A stretch of 64,000 nucleotides of DNA from an uncultured cyanobacterium (GTDB lineage Bacteria; Cyanobacteriota; Cyanobacteriia; Cyanobacteriales; Microcystaceae). Numbering within the stretch: position 1 is the stretch's first letter; every line of letters starts with the position of its first letter. Shown here in pieces: positions 43,049 through 54,607 of the stretch. The stretch is from contig CAWEDJ010000028.1 of assembly GCA_963807635.1 (NCBI GenBank), forward strand, positions 1 through 64,000. Direction: 5' to 3'. A program made the position numbers and the translations under genes. Below the pieces are notes generated by a model. That model searched no databases and was not told the origin of the DNA. It saw only the letters and a list, made by a program, of their open reading frames with translations.

Positions 43049-43909
43049 ATGGCTAAATCTACCTTTGTGACTGTTTTTAATACCCTAGAATGCCGTCCTG
43101 ATAATTACCAAGGCTGGTATCAGCAGGCTAATGCCCTGTCAGATCAGGGGCGTTATCCCGAAGCATTGATGAGTTATGAGAGAGCTTTGGATTATTATCC
43201 CCAGGATTATTGGTCATGGTACAAACGAGGGGTGATTTTAGAGAATCTGGGACGACATGAGGCGGCGATCGCAAGTTATGACAATGCCCTAAAAATTGAT
43301 CCCCAAAACTATTGGGCTTGGTATGACCAGGGTTACGTTTACCTCGAAGGCTTAAAGCAATACGAACAGGCGATCGCGTGTTTTGAAAAAGCTCTGTTGA
43401 CTCTCCCGAATGATTACTGGGCGCATTACCGAATAGCAGAAGCCTATCGTCTTTGGGGGCGGTATTCCCAAGCTTTGAGGGCCTTTGATCAAACGTTGGC
43501 GGTTCGTCCCGATGATTATTGGGCAACCTACCGAAGGGCCGATTGTCTGCGCTACTGGGGACGCTTTGCCGATGCTCTTAGGAATTATCAGCAAGCCTTA
43601 TTAATAAAACCCAAGGATTATTGGTCGTGGTATCAACAGGGACAAATTTTCCAAACTATTGGTCGTTTTAATCAAGCGATCACCTGTTATCAAAAAGCCC
43701 TGGCGATCAATCCAGACGATGATTACGCTTGGTATGACCAGGCTCTTTGTCAGATGGCCGCAGGTCACTGGGAACTAGCGGTGGATTGTCTCGAAAAAGC
43801 GATCGCTCTCTTCCCCGATACCTATACGGATTTAGCGATGACGGAACCGCTCTTTGCTCCTCTCCAACAGTATCCTCGATTTAAGTTATTAATGACTGAA
43901 TATCTCTAA
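43049..43909 (+). CDS. Tetratricopeptide-repeat protein
   Basis: About 7 TPR units with recurring P.DYW(A/S)WY. Confidence 0.9.
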   Translation: MAKSTFVTVFNTLECRPDNYQGWYQQANALSDQGRYPEALMSYERALDYYPQDYWSWYKRGVILENLGRHEAAIASYDNALKIDPQNYWAWYDQGYVYLEGLKQYEQAIACFEKALLTLPNDYWAHYRIAEAYRLWGRYSQALRAFDQTLAVRPDDYWATYRRADCLRYWGRFADALRNYQQALLIKPKDYWSWYQQGQIFQTIGRFNQAITCYQKALAINPDDDYAWYDQALCQMAAGHWELAVDCLEKAIALFPDTYTDLAMTEPLFAPLQQYPRFKLLMTEYL

Positions 43910-43964
43910 TTTTAAATAGCTTGTTGGATCAATTCTTCGATTACTCGGTTAAAGCCGCGATCGC

Positions 43965-44561
43965 CTATGGTTGAATCCTTTCTTTAACAATTTGATCAAT
44001 CTGTTGATAAAGAAAATCTAGACCACCAGAATTATCTAAGAGCACATCCGCCCTACTTATTTTTTCGGTAAGGGGTAATTGATTTTTAATACGGGCGATC
44101 GCATGTTCTTCTGTTAATTTATTGCGTTGCTGTAGGCGTTGAATTTGTTGGTCATAGTGACAAAAAACGACCCAGATTTCACTCACTAAATGGGTTAAAT
44201 TTGCTTCTATTAATAAAGGAATAGATAACACAATAATTTGGTTGTCTAGAGAATTAATCACCTCCTGAAAACGCTTTCTGACGTAGGGATGAATCTGAGC
44301 TTCTAGCCATATTTTTTCATCTGTATTATTAAAAATAATATCGCCTAACTTTGTTCTATTTAATGCCCGATTTTCTAATTGAATCTCTGATCCGTAACGT
44401 TGAATAATTTTTTCAAAAATAGGCGAATCAACTTCTACGGCTTCTTTGGCATAGATATCCGCATCTAAAATAGGGAAACCATAGCGATCGCTTAGATAAT
44501 TAGAAACCGTTGTTTTTCCTGTGGCAATTCCCCCCGTTAACCCAATTAGGCATTGATTCAT
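43965..44561 (-). CDS. coaE: Dephospho-CoA kinase
   Basis: IGLTGGIATGKTT, DAD, IHP.V, IPLL.E. Confidence 0.95.
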   Translation of the reverse strand: MNQCLIGLTGGIATGKTTVSNYLSDRYGFPILDADIYAKEAVEVDSPIFEKIIQRYGSEIQLENRALNRTKLGDIIFNNTDEKIWLEAQIHPYVRKRFQEVINSLDNQIIVLSIPLLIEANLTHLVSEIWVVFCHYDQQIQRLQQRNKLTEEHAIARIKNQLPLTEKISRADVLLDNSGGLDFLYQQIDQIVKERIQP

Positions 44562-44577
44562 ATCACTCTGAAAAATC

Positions 44578-45551
44578 CTATAAATCAATCTCCACATTAA
44601 GGGCAGGATTATTTTCCCAGCGATCGGCAACGTGGGCATAAATCGCCGTCGTTCTAGGATCGGCATGACCTAACAGATCCTGAAGCTGTCGTAATTCTGC
44701 CCCTGATCGCAACGCCAAAGTCCCCGCCGTATGACGCAAACTATGGGTCGAAATCACTCGACCAGGCATATATTTTAACTCTGTTTCTATTAGATACCCA
44801 TCTACAATTAAACGAATCCCCCGTCGAGAAATGCGTTTTCCCTTGGCACGATTACCCACCGCAATAAATAAAGGAGTATCGGGCTTTAATTTTTCACCTT
44901 TTTCAGTGCGGACTGTTAAATAATTTAATAATAAATTGGCCAAATCAGTCGTTAGGGGAACAATCCGAATACTCCGCTTTCCTTCCACTCGAATACCGTA
45001 ATTACTGCCCTGTTTGATTAAATCTTTGATATTGGCACGGTGTAATTCTACCGTCCGAGGCCCCTATGGGCCATAATCGCAATTAATGCCTTATCCCTCA
45101 CAGATTTTAAGCTATTATCATCAGGAATCCCGGCGAGTAAAGATTCAACTTCATCTTTTTCTAGATAATTTATATTAGCCGTCGTATCTCGTTTAGACTT
45201 GGGTGGTTTAATGCCACTAGCAGGATTCAAACTAATTAATCCTCGTTCTAGGGCCGCTTGATAAAAACGTCGAACAACGGATAATTTGAGGGCAACAGTC
45301 GCAGGTTTGAGTTGACGGGAATCAATCAACCAGCGTCGATAGCGTTTAATTTGTTCTGCGGTAATTTGGGCGGGATGGATCGCTAAACTATTACACCAGA
45401 GAAGAAATTGTTGGAGTTGCCGACGATAGGTGATTAGGGTATCCGTGGCCGCATCTCCCGCACTCACATCGATCGCGAGAAAATCAGCAAAAACTGCTAG
45501 CAGATCATCTTGACTAACGCTCGCAATGGGAGAAGACGGCAACGGTAACAT
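44578..45551 (-). CDS. Tyrosine recombinase (XerC/D-like); frameshift near 45065
   Basis: N-terminal SAM-like domain; GPRTVEL (after shift), GK, HSLRHT, LGHADPRTT..Y. Confidence 0.88.
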
Positions 45552-45571
45552 AGGATGTACAAAAATAGAAT

Positions 45572-46943
45572 TTAACTACGACCAATGCCAATATAACGGA
45601 AACCAGCTTGCTCTAAAGTCCTTTGATCTAAGAAGTTACGACCATCAATCATCACAGGATTGACCATTAATTTGCTCATTTTGCCGTAATCTAACTTGAG
45701 AAATTCTTGCCATTCAGTGACGATCACGAGAGCATCACAGGCATCCGCCAAACGTTGAGGATCGGTTTCGATTAACACTCCCGATAATCCATGACTCAAA
45801 CCTGATGCGGAGACGATAGGATCATAGGCTTTGACCTTTGCCCCTAAGCGATTGAGTTGTTCAATGATGTTTAATGCAGGAGCGTCCCTCATGTCATCGG
45901 TGTCGGGCTTAAAGGTTAGTCCCAGAGAGGCCAATCACTTTTCCTTTGAGAATTTTAAGCTCGTGCTGTAATTTTTCAATAATAATAACCCGTTGACGAG
46001 TGTTGACATTTACTGCCGCATTGAGTAATTCGGTCGTATAACCATAATCGGCGGCCGTGTGAATCAAAGCAGATACATCCTTGGGAAAACAGGAACCGCC
46101 CCAACCAATGCCTGCTTGGAGAAATTTGTTGCCAATCCGAGAATCGAGTCCAATTCCCTTGGCAACCTGGGTGACATTTGCCCCGACGCGATCGCAAATA
46201 TTAGCGACTTCATTGATAAAACTAATTTTGGTTGCCAGGAAAGCATTGGCCGCGTACTTGATCATTTCGGCAGAACTGAGATCGGTTACCACCACAGGCA
46301 CAGGGGGAAGGCCGGAATCTTCCGAGAATTTCCGCTCCACAATGGGCTGATAAAGTTCTTGCATCATCGCGATCGCTTTTTCGCTATTTCCGCCCAAGAC
46401 AATGCGATCGGGATTAAAGGTATCATAAATCGCCGAGCCTTCTCGAAGAAACTCTGGGTTACTGATCACCTCAAAGTTAACATCACTGGCATTTCCCGTT
46501 GCCTCTTCAGACATTTGTCGTTCGGCCAAACCATCCAGAACAATTCTTCTTACCCAGTCTCCCGAACCAATGGGAACCGTTGACTTATTCACAATCACCC
46601 GAAATCCACTATCCAGATGCGCTCCAATCCCGCGCGCAACGGCTTCCACATAACGGGTATCGCTTTCTCCTGTGGGTAAAGGAGGGGTTCCCACTGCGAC
46701 AAATAAAATTTCACCGTGCTTGACTCCTAACCCTAAATCTGCCGTAAACTCTAACCGTCCTGCTTCGGTTGCAGATTGCATCAGTTCCGATAGGCCAGGC
46801 TCATAAATCGGAGATTGCCCCGACTTCATCAGCTTAACTTTTTCCTCATTATTGTCCACACAGATCACTTGATGGCCAATGTGAGCCAAACATACTCCCG
46901 TCACCAAACCAACGTAACCCGTTCCAATAACACAAACGCGCAT
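45572..46943 (-). CDS. ugd: UDP-glucose 6-dehydrogenase; frameshift near 45925
   Basis: GTGYVG, KSTVP, NPEFLREG, GGSCFPKD, GLTFKPDTDDMR. Confidence 0.93.
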
Positions 46944-47027
46944 TTAGTTGTCTCCTTTAATTTGAGTCGTTTTGAAAAATCATCCTGTCAGTCATGACTG
47001 ATTAGCGACATGAAACTAACCTAGATA

Positions 47028-47959
47028 TTAAACCCGATCAACGCGAGATTTAAAATCTTTAATGGTCATCTCCAATCCTTCCTTGAGGGGAATCGTTGGC
47101 TCCCAATTTAAATACGTCTGGGCGCGGGTAATATCGGGTTGACGCTGTTTGGGGTCATCTTCGGGTAGGGGTTTATAAATTAACTCTGTATCGGGATTAA
47201 TCATGCCTTGAATAATTTGGGCAAGCTCTAGAATGGTGTATTCTCGAGGATTTCCCAGATCGACAGGGCCAATAAAATCGCCATTCATTAACCGCATTAA
47301 TCCTTCTACCAGATCAGACACATAACAAAAACTGCGAGTTTGGGAACCATCACCATAAACCGTCAAGGGTGTCCCTTTAATCGACTGAACAATTAAGTTA
47401 CTAACCACTCGACCATCTTGTTCCTGCATCCGTGGCCCATAGGTGTTAAAAATTCGTGCGACTCGAATATCAACTTTATGTTCACGGTAATATTCAAAGG
47501 CTAGGGTTTCTGCCACACGCTTCCCTTCGTCGTAACATGATCGGGGGCCGATGCAGTTGACGTTGCCGCGATATTCTTCACTTTGAGGGTGAACATCAGG
47601 ATCGCCATAGACTTCTGAAGTAGATGCCAATAGAAACCTCGCTTTTACCCGTTTAGCAAGACCCAGCATATTCAACGTCCCCATTACGTTGGTTTTAATG
47701 GTTTTAACGGGATTGAACTGGTAATGGACGGGAGAAGCAGGACAGGCGAGATGATAGACCTGATCAACTTCTAGCCGAATGGGTTCGGTAACATCATGGC
47801 GAATGAGTTCAAATTTAGGATTATCCAGCCATTGAAGAATATTTTGTTTACTACCTGTATAAAAATTATCTAAACAAAGAACTTCGTGGCCCGGTTCATC
47901 AGCCGATCAATGAGGTGGGAACCAATAAAGCCTGCACCACCTGTCACTAAAATTTTCAT
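47028..47959 (-). CDS. UDP-glucuronate decarboxylase / NAD-dependent epimerase; frameshift near 47892
   Basis: [15 protein letters not shown] (manual translation), [32 protein letters not shown]. Confidence 0.92.
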
Positions 47960-48075
47960 TGTTGAAGAATTTTTCTTAAATGATTATTGAGTATATACCC
48001 CTAAAATACCCCAAGTTTGGATTGCTCGATAATTTTTTTGTCTTGATTTTTCGGAAAATATCCACAAGGGACATC

Positions 48076-49263
48076 TTAATAGGCTCTACCCCGCCATTGC
48101 TTTGGTTTTTGAGTTGCAGATAACACAATCCTGAAAACAGCCAGGGGATCGGCAAAAGGAGAGAGGAAGAAAAATAGGGATTTAATTGACGCTTTGGGAC
48201 GGTAATACGAGGGATAGACCGCTAATAGTAGGGCAAAACGGATGAATAGTAAAACAATATTCAAAGCGATCGCCCATCTTATCATCAAGAAATCGTAACC
48301 TGAGAATAGACTAATACTCAAAATTCCCAGGAAGAATAACGGCAACCCCTGAACGAGCGTTAATAAGGCCACATCTCCCCAGAGTTGAGCCACCGAGGAG
48401 GCATCTTTGAGATCCAGCGATCGCCCCCATTCCCGCCAGGTTTCTTGAAAACCCTCATACATTCTGACTCGAATTACCTTAGAGCCGTCGAAAAAGCCGA
48501 CTTTATAACCCTGTTGGGCGGCATAACGGGCGAGAGTGACATCATCACAAAAAGAACTAGCCGCGATTTTGTAACCCTCTATTTTTTCTAAAACCGTCCG
48601 ACGACAGAGAAAACATTGACCGTTGGCCATTACTCTTTCAGGGGATTGATTACGGACTCCTGCTGAATCAAAACGATACAACAGGGTCATTAATAGGGCG
48701 GGTTGTAGCCACCATTCCCCCGCAGATTCCAGAATAAATTGGGGAGCTAGGGACAATAAATCATACCCTTCTGCTTGGGCAGCTTTGACCATACTGGGAA
48801 CTAATCCTTTTTGGGGTTGGGTGTCGGCATCAATCCCTAGAAACCATTCACTTTCGGGGGAACTTTGGTAAAAACCGTAATTTAAAGCCCAGGGTCTGCC
48901 CACCCATCCCTTTGGCAACGGATCATCCGTTAGTAACTGAAAACGGTGATCTATTTCGGAGATCGCCTTAACTTTTTCCCTAGTCCCGTCCTGGGATTGA
49001 CTATCAACAATGAGAATTTCTCGAACTTCTGAGGTTTGTTGATGGAGTCCCGCCAAACAGGGGCCAATGCGATCGACTTCATTGAGGGTCGGAACCACCA
49101 CCGTGACCTTACCAACCATTTCAGGGGTAACTTTTTCAGGCAAAAGGGGAGGCCGACGAACGGCCCCTTTGCATAAACGAGAAAATAGGATTAGGGTGGC
49201 ACTACCTTGAAATAATAGGATCAAGATAGAAAATAAACCAATTAGCGGAGATAAGTCACTCAC
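48076..49263 (-). CDS. cruG: Carotenoid 2'-O-glycosyltransferase
   Basis: GT2 motifs IDADT, ANGQC, DDVTL; directly downstream of cruF. Confidence 0.88.
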   Translation of the reverse strand: MSDLSPLIGLFSILILLFQGSATLILFSRLCKGAVRRPPLLPEKVTPEMVGKVTVVVPTLNEVDRIGPCLAGLHQQTSEVREILIVDSQSQDGTREKVKAISEIDHRFQLLTDDPLPKGWVGRPWALNYGFYQSSPESEWFLGIDADTQPQKGLVPSMVKAAQAEGYDLLSLAPQFILESAGEWWLQPALLMTLLYRFDSAGVRNQSPERVMANGQCFLCRRTVLEKIEGYKIAASSFCDDVTLARYAAQQGYKVGFFDGSKVIRVRMYEGFQETWREWGRSLDLKDASSVAQLWGDVALLTLVQGLPLFFLGILSISLFSGYDFLMIRWAIALNIVLLFIRFALLLAVYPSYYRPKASIKSLFFFLSPFADPLAVFRIVLSATQKPKQWRGRAY

Positions 49264-49269
49264 AATTGC

Positions 49270-50181
49270 CTATTTAACCGCCGCTAAATCTGTTTTATCC
49301 CTTTCAATCACGCCTTTAAGTCTTTCAACTGCAATAGAGCGAGATTCGGATAAGGACATCCGATAAAAAATATAGGCGGGAAGCACCCCTAAAATTAAAC
49401 CTAAGAAAATGGGGGGATAAATGCCTGCTCCCAAGCTCATAATGGTGGCAAAGCCAAAGTTACTCAGATAAATCGCAAAGGGAACGCCAGGCTGTTCTTC
49501 GGGCAAGTTAAGGGGCTTTAGTCGCCAAATCAGGGTCGCAACAGTCATAAAGACGGCTCCTGTGCCGAACCAACCCGCAAAATTTTGGTAGGGCATCCCA
49601 AAGAAGGCACCAGGTTGATCCCAGACCCAAAAGGGCATCGTGGTCTGACTCATGGCAGGATCAAGTACAAAATCCCAGGACATTAATATTAAGGAACCAA
49701 AGGCGATCGCGCCCAATTCCTGTCCCCAGACGGGCAAAGATTTTTTCGCTAAACCCATGCGAACGATGAGATAGGCACTAAAACCGAGATAAAACCAAGA
49801 TAGGGGGATGGTAAACGGGACTAAACCTGAAATTTTGTAACCCAATCCCGATAAATAGCGATAATCTCCAAAGGGAAAACCCGTACTGGTTCCCAATAAT
49901 TCGCTGGACAATGAAAGGGCGATCGCAGGAATCATAAATCCCAACCAATGCCAAATTCCCAAAGTTCGATAGGCGTAGAGCGCGACGGTTGCCGTACCGA
50001 GTAACATATACATCACACCACCGCCCGCCATTGACCAGGCAAAGACCGTTTTGCCAAATTCGGGTAAATTCGCAATAAAATCGGCATTAGGAAGAACGAT
50101 TAGTAGACCTGCTAATCCGAAAGCCATCGACGCAATGTGGCCAATCAGCAGAGAACGTTCCATAGATATGAGTTTATTCAT
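49270..50181 (-). CDS. cruF: Gamma-carotene 1'-hydroxylase
   Basis: SELLGTSTGFPFG.Y, WDFVLDPAM, GMPYQNFAGW. Confidence 0.9.
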   Translation of the reverse strand: MNKLISMERSLLIGHIASMAFGLAGLLIVLPNADFIANLPEFGKTVFAWSMAGGGVMYMLLGTATVALYAYRTLGIWHWLGFMIPAIALSLSSELLGTSTGFPFGDYRYLSGLGYKISGLVPFTIPLSWFYLGFSAYLIVRMGLAKKSLPVWGQELGAIAFGSLILMSWDFVLDPAMSQTTMPFWVWDQPGAFFGMPYQNFAGWFGTGAVFMTVATLIWRLKPLNLPEEQPGVPFAIYLSNFGFATIMSLGAGIYPPIFLGLILGVLPAYIFYRMSLSESRSIAVERLKGVIERDKTDLAAVK

Positions 50182-50223
50182 TAAGTTCTGAGTAGAAGTA
50201 AAAATTATTTGACTAACTTATAG

Positions 50224-50241
50224 TTTACAAATCTTTACGAA
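50224..50241 (+). promoter_or_regulatory. Putative HLR1 (RpaB-binding) motif upstream of cruF
   Basis: TTTACAAA-TC-TTTACGAA. Confidence 0.5.
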
Positions 50242-50338
50242 AAAAAATAAGAAAATTAAAAACGTGCCGAGGGAAAACGTACCATAGGGTAGAAATAACG
50301 GCTAAGATAGGGGCATCAGCCATACCTCCCAGAAGATT

Positions 50339-51562
50339 ATGACTTTGTCAACAGACCATTCTGGCGTTCTCATCCGTCCAGTCCAGTATCGGGACTTAGA
50401 AAGTATTGACAGCTTAACATCAAATTCTCTAAAAGCTGAACTAGGCAATACTGAATTTAGTCTGACCGAGCAATTGCAGCAGGCCCGTTCTTGGTATGGA
50501 TTATTGAAATTTTTAAGTTATTTTCCCAATCCCTTTCAGCACCTCTTTTCAGGTTATGTGGCAGAAAGGACAGAATCGGGTCAAATTGGTGGTTTTGTAC
50601 AGGTTTCTCCTTTTAATAGTAGTCGTAGCACCTGGCGAGTTGAGCGGATTGTAGTCGAAGAACTCGCGATTCAGCCTGATTTGGTAACTGACCCTAAAGG
50701 AATTGGTTCTCAGTTGTTGCGTTTTTGTTTTGAAAGAATTTGGGAAGCCCGCACCTGGTTATTAGAAATTAATATCCACGAAAAAAATCTGCTGGCCCTC
50801 TATCGGCAAAATGGCTTCCAACCCCTGGCCCAAATGACCTATTGGTCGCTCCCTCCCGAATTATTAGCCCAATTGGCAGAAAATGACCCTGATTTACCAA
50901 ATCTCCTGCCCGTTAGTCATGCCGATGCCCAATTGCTTTATCAACTCGATTGCGTCTCTATGCCTCCTTTGATGCGTCAGGTTTTTGATCGTCACACTCA
51001 GGATTTTAAATCTCGTTTTCTGATGGGTTTAATCAATAAAATTCAGCACTGGTGGTTGAAACGGGGTGTTGTCAGTGGTTATGTTTTTGAACCCCAACGG
51101 AAAGCCGCGATCGCCTATTTCGAATTAATTTTGTCGAAAGATGGTTCCCGTCCCCATCAAGCAGAACTCACGGTTCATCCCGCCTATACCTGGCTTTATC
51201 CCAAACTGTTATTCCAAATGTCGAGATTAGTTCAGGGACTTCCGATTCAATCTTTAGAACTGCTTTCAGCCGATTATCAACACGAACGGGAAGAATATCT
51301 AGATCAATTAGGGGCCGAGCGGGTTGAGCATACGTTATTAATGTCTCGTTCTGTCTGGCATAAATTGAAGGAAACCAAGCTGGAAAGACTGCAACTCTCG
51401 GAAATGTTACAAGGTCTGCAACCCGTTCCCAGAACGCCCATTCCGAGCCGCATTTCCTGGTTAAAAGTGTCGGATTCGGTTGAAGCTGTGCCTAAAAGTA
51501 GCAATGGCGATAAAAATCTCGACCAAACGCCTGATTTACCCGAAAAAGGACACCAAACTTAA
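50339..51562 (+). CDS. Conserved cyanobacterial GNAT-family acetyltransferase
   Basis: IRPVQYRDL, GIGSQLL, LYRQNGFQ. Confidence 0.85.
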   Translation: MTLSTDHSGVLIRPVQYRDLESIDSLTSNSLKAELGNTEFSLTEQLQQARSWYGLLKFLSYFPNPFQHLFSGYVAERTESGQIGGFVQVSPFNSSRSTWRVERIVVEELAIQPDLVTDPKGIGSQLLRFCFERIWEARTWLLEINIHEKNLLALYRQNGFQPLAQMTYWSLPPELLAQLAENDPDLPNLLPVSHADAQLLYQLDCVSMPPLMRQVFDRHTQDFKSRFLMGLINKIQHWWLKRGVVSGYVFEPQRKAAIAYFELILSKDGSRPHQAELTVHPAYTWLYPKLLFQMSRLVQGLPIQSLELLSADYQHEREEYLDQLGAERVEHTLLMSRSVWHKLKETKLERLQLSEMLQGLQPVPRTPIPSRISWLKVSDSVEAVPKSSNGDKNLDQTPDLPEKGHQT

Positions 51563-51609
51563 AAATAATTAATAATTGACAATGGATAGTTGATAATTTA
51601 CGAATTTTT

Positions 51610-52041
51610 ATGGAACGAGTGGCGGCGTTAGGTTTGGACGTGGGAAAAAAAAGAATTGGTGTAGCGGGTTGTGATGGCACGGGTCTAATTGCAACAGGAT
51701 TGACGACGATTGAAAGAACAACGTTTGAGGCAGATATTCAGCAGTTAAAAAATCTGATTGAGGAGCGACAGGTAGAAATTTTAGTGATTGGTTTTCCCTA
51801 CTCGATGGATGGCAGTATTGGTTTTCAGGCAAAGCACGTCCAGAAATTCAGTCGTCGTCTTGAAAAGATTTTACAGTTGCCCATTGAGTTTATGGATGAG
51901 CGATTATCTTCGGTAGAAGCAGAAATCCAATTGAAGGAACAAAAACGTTTTTCTAGCTATAACAAGGGATTAATTGATCAGCAAGCGGCGGAAATTATTT
52001 TACAACAATGGTTAGACCAGCGACGTTTTAATTCAATTTAA
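51610..52041 (+). CDS. ruvX: RuvX/YqgF RNase H-fold nuclease (pre-16S rRNA processing)
   Basis: LGLDVGKKRIGVA, DERLSS, IDQQAA.IILQ. Confidence 0.93.
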   Translation: MERVAALGLDVGKKRIGVAGCDGTGLIATGLTTIERTTFEADIQQLKNLIEERQVEILVIGFPYSMDGSIGFQAKHVQKFSRRLEKILQLPIEFMDERLSSVEAEIQLKEQKRFSSYNKGLIDQQAAEIILQQWLDQRRFNSI

Positions 52042-52071
52042 GCAATCCTTTCTCTAGTCAATCAATCGATT

Positions 52072-53199
52072 TTAAACGTAAGACATCAAAAGATTAATGA
52101 CAGCATAAATAGAGGCTAAAGAAGCCGTTTCTTCTGTGGTGTGATAACCCGTTGTCGGAATTTGTAGGGTTGTTCCATTAATATTTCCATCAGTAGCCAC
52201 TACTAAACGACCTAATTCTGTTCTACCCAGGGAAAGTGGTTTACTCCGTTCCCGATTTCGTGCTTCAATATAGACATCTTTAAAACTGTAAGTAATGCCT
52301 AATTTTAAACATTTTTGAACAATTTCTTCGGTAATTTCTGTTGCAAATAATCCACTGGCATCTTTGTGACGCAGAACAATATGTTGGGCATCTGCCGCTT
52401 CTCGCGTTGGGTAAGGACTAGTATCTAGGACGATTAAACGTTGTGTGCTGAGATTATGACGCAAAAACCAAGCCAGAGCATACCGCCAACTTCGTCCCGC
52501 TTCTTCTTGGGCCGTAAAAAGAGCCGTTCCTTGAAAGCCACAACGAAAAAGATAAACGATAATTGCCGCACTTAATACGTTATCCAATTGGGCAGAAGCG
52601 TAACCATCGTTAATTTTTAATCTATCTAAAAAAGAAACGGGTGTACCAGGTTGCAAAAAATCTAAGCCATTCAATTCAAAAATGAGATTTTTTCGGGCGG
52701 GACAGATATAGGAATTGGTAATTACGCCTTGTCCTAAATAAGTTCCTGTATAGGGTAAATGAGCTTGGACACGCTGGCCTTGAAAGCGATTATCGATGGT
52801 GTACATCATTTGTTCGGATACGGAATCACCCGTTAATTCGCTTTGGTTGCTGGCGATAAATGCTGCATACTGAAATTCATTAGCTCCTGTACATAAAAGT
52901 CCATGACGGTCAATATGGGCTGATAAAACGAGACTTTCGGGTTCTTTTCCTTGGGCAACTAAAATTCCTTGATAATATTGCACATTAACACCAACTTCCT
53001 CTAATTCTCGTTTCAGCGATTGAAAAAAAGCATCTTCACAGCCGACAACGGACGGTTCACGAATCAAGTCGTGTAAAATATTGATAAAATCCCTTAATTC
53101 GACGGAAAGATCGACGCTTTTACCGTTCTCTTCAGCCATTTTTTCTGTCGTTAAGTCTAATTTGCTCATTTTAATCTCTCGTCTTCCTAACAAAGACAA
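52072..53199 (-). CDS. M42/M28-like metallopeptidase
   Basis: SAHIDRHG, QLDN, QEEAG, GYHT metal-ligand pattern. Confidence 0.8.
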   Translation of the reverse strand: MSLLGRREIKMSKLDLTTEKMAEENGKSVDLSVELRDFINILHDLIREPSVVGCEDAFFQSLKRELEEVGVNVQYYQGILVAQGKEPESLVLSAHIDRHGLLCTGANEFQYAAFIASNQSELTGDSVSEQMMYTIDNRFQGQRVQAHLPYTGTYLGQGVITNSYICPARKNLIFELNGLDFLQPGTPVSFLDRLKINDGYASAQLDNVLSAAIIVYLFRCGFQGTALFTAQEEAGRSWRYALAWFLRHNLSTQRLIVLDTSPYPTREAADAQHIVLRHKDASGLFATEITEEIVQKCLKLGITYSFKDVYIEARNRERSKPLSLGRTELGRLVVATDGNINGTTLQIPTTGYHTTEETASLASIYAVINLLMSYV

Positions 53200-53683
53200 T
53201 TATTAATTGTTTTTTTAAACAATACAACCAATGTCAGATACACTGTCGTTAATTTTGATACCATTACAAAATTTTTCTTAGAGAGATTTTCTATTATTTT
53301 TTGATTATTTATCTAACATTTCAGCAATCATTAAACTGTTAATTATTTAAAATATATACAGGTAAGGGGTTTAAGCTCCTTTTTACAAGACTTTTAAGAA
53401 AACCATTGCACAATCTAAATTTTTGACAGCTTAGGATTAATTTTTATTCCAAAATTTAACCATTTACTATTCAAAAAAACTGAATTGACTAAATTTATAA
53501 CCATAACTCACCCATTAATCACTTGTTCAACCTTCGTAATTTTCTATGATTTTGGATTTGAGTTTCAATAAGGTAAGCATAGTAATAATCTAGTCGCACT
53601 TTTTTTAGGAATCAATTAATAATTCAAACGGTTTTAAAATTTATGTTATTCTAGCTGATACGGTTAGTCGAAGGAGTCCAGCG

Positions 53684-54427
53684 ATGACAACTACTCTACC
53701 TTTAATTATTTCAGATACTGACTATCCTGATAGTGACGGTTCGCCGATGGCAGAAAGTGATGTGGCTCGTAATTATTTGGTCTATGGGGTGGAGGCTCTG
53801 AATTTTTATTTTCGGGATCAACCCCAGGTTTACGTTTCGGGTAATTTGTTTATTTATTACGAAAAAGGTAACCCGAAAGCGGTTATTTCTCCCGATGTCT
53901 TTGTCATTTTTGGGGTTACAAAAAAGGAAAGACGTTCCTACAAAGTCTGGGAAGAAGATAATAAAGTTCCTGCTTTTGTATTAGAAATTACCTCAAAAAG
54001 CACTGTTAGCGAAGATCAGGGTACAAAATGGGGACTCTATGCTTATCTGGGGGTAAGGGAATATTTTCAGTATGATCCTACTGCGGATTATCTCAAACCT
54101 GCGCTTCAGGGTTATCGTTTAGTGGGGAAGAGTTATGAAGCAATTTCTGCTCGTAGTACATCACAAAAATCTATTTTATTTTCAGAAGTATTAGGGTTAG
54201 AGTTACATCTCGAAAATGGAGAAATGCGTTTTTATAATCCTCGCTCTGGGGAAACTTTATTAACACCTCTCGAATTAGCCGATCGCGATCGCCTTTCTCA
54301 GCAAGCTTTAGAGGAATCAGAAAAAATCAGATTAGCAACGGAAGAGGCTCTTTCTATTGCTGAACAACGTAATCGCCAACTCAGGGAAAAGTTAATGGCA
54401 TTGGGAATTGATCCAGACTCTCCTTAA
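53684..54427 (+). CDS. Uma2 (DUF820) family endonuclease
   Basis: YPDSDGSPMAES, SPDVFV, LEITS, EYFQYDP, LGIDPD. Confidence 0.92.
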   Translation: MTTTLPLIISDTDYPDSDGSPMAESDVARNYLVYGVEALNFYFRDQPQVYVSGNLFIYYEKGNPKAVISPDVFVIFGVTKKERRSYKVWEEDNKVPAFVLEITSKSTVSEDQGTKWGLYAYLGVREYFQYDPTADYLKPALQGYRLVGKSYEAISARSTSQKSILFSEVLGLELHLENGEMRFYNPRSGETLLTPLELADRDRLSQQALEESEKIRLATEEALSIAEQRNRQLREKLMALGIDPDSP

Positions 54428-54607
54428 TGTTCTAGCTTCGATAATTTTGCCATTTTCTAGGAAATCAATCGAATTTTTGGGACGATCGCATTCCCAATCA
54501 GCCTGATCTAGAAGAATTTGATTTAATGATAGGCTTAGTAAAGGAAAACTTGAGCCTAGAAAAGCTTAGTTATTTCCATCACAATTCAAGGACAAAAGGA
54601 AAAAACA

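Noticed and set aside
53200..53683. Long AT-rich intergenic gap as a possible ncRNA or mobile remnant
   Set aside because: No convincing repeat, structure or ORF; fits divergent promoters.
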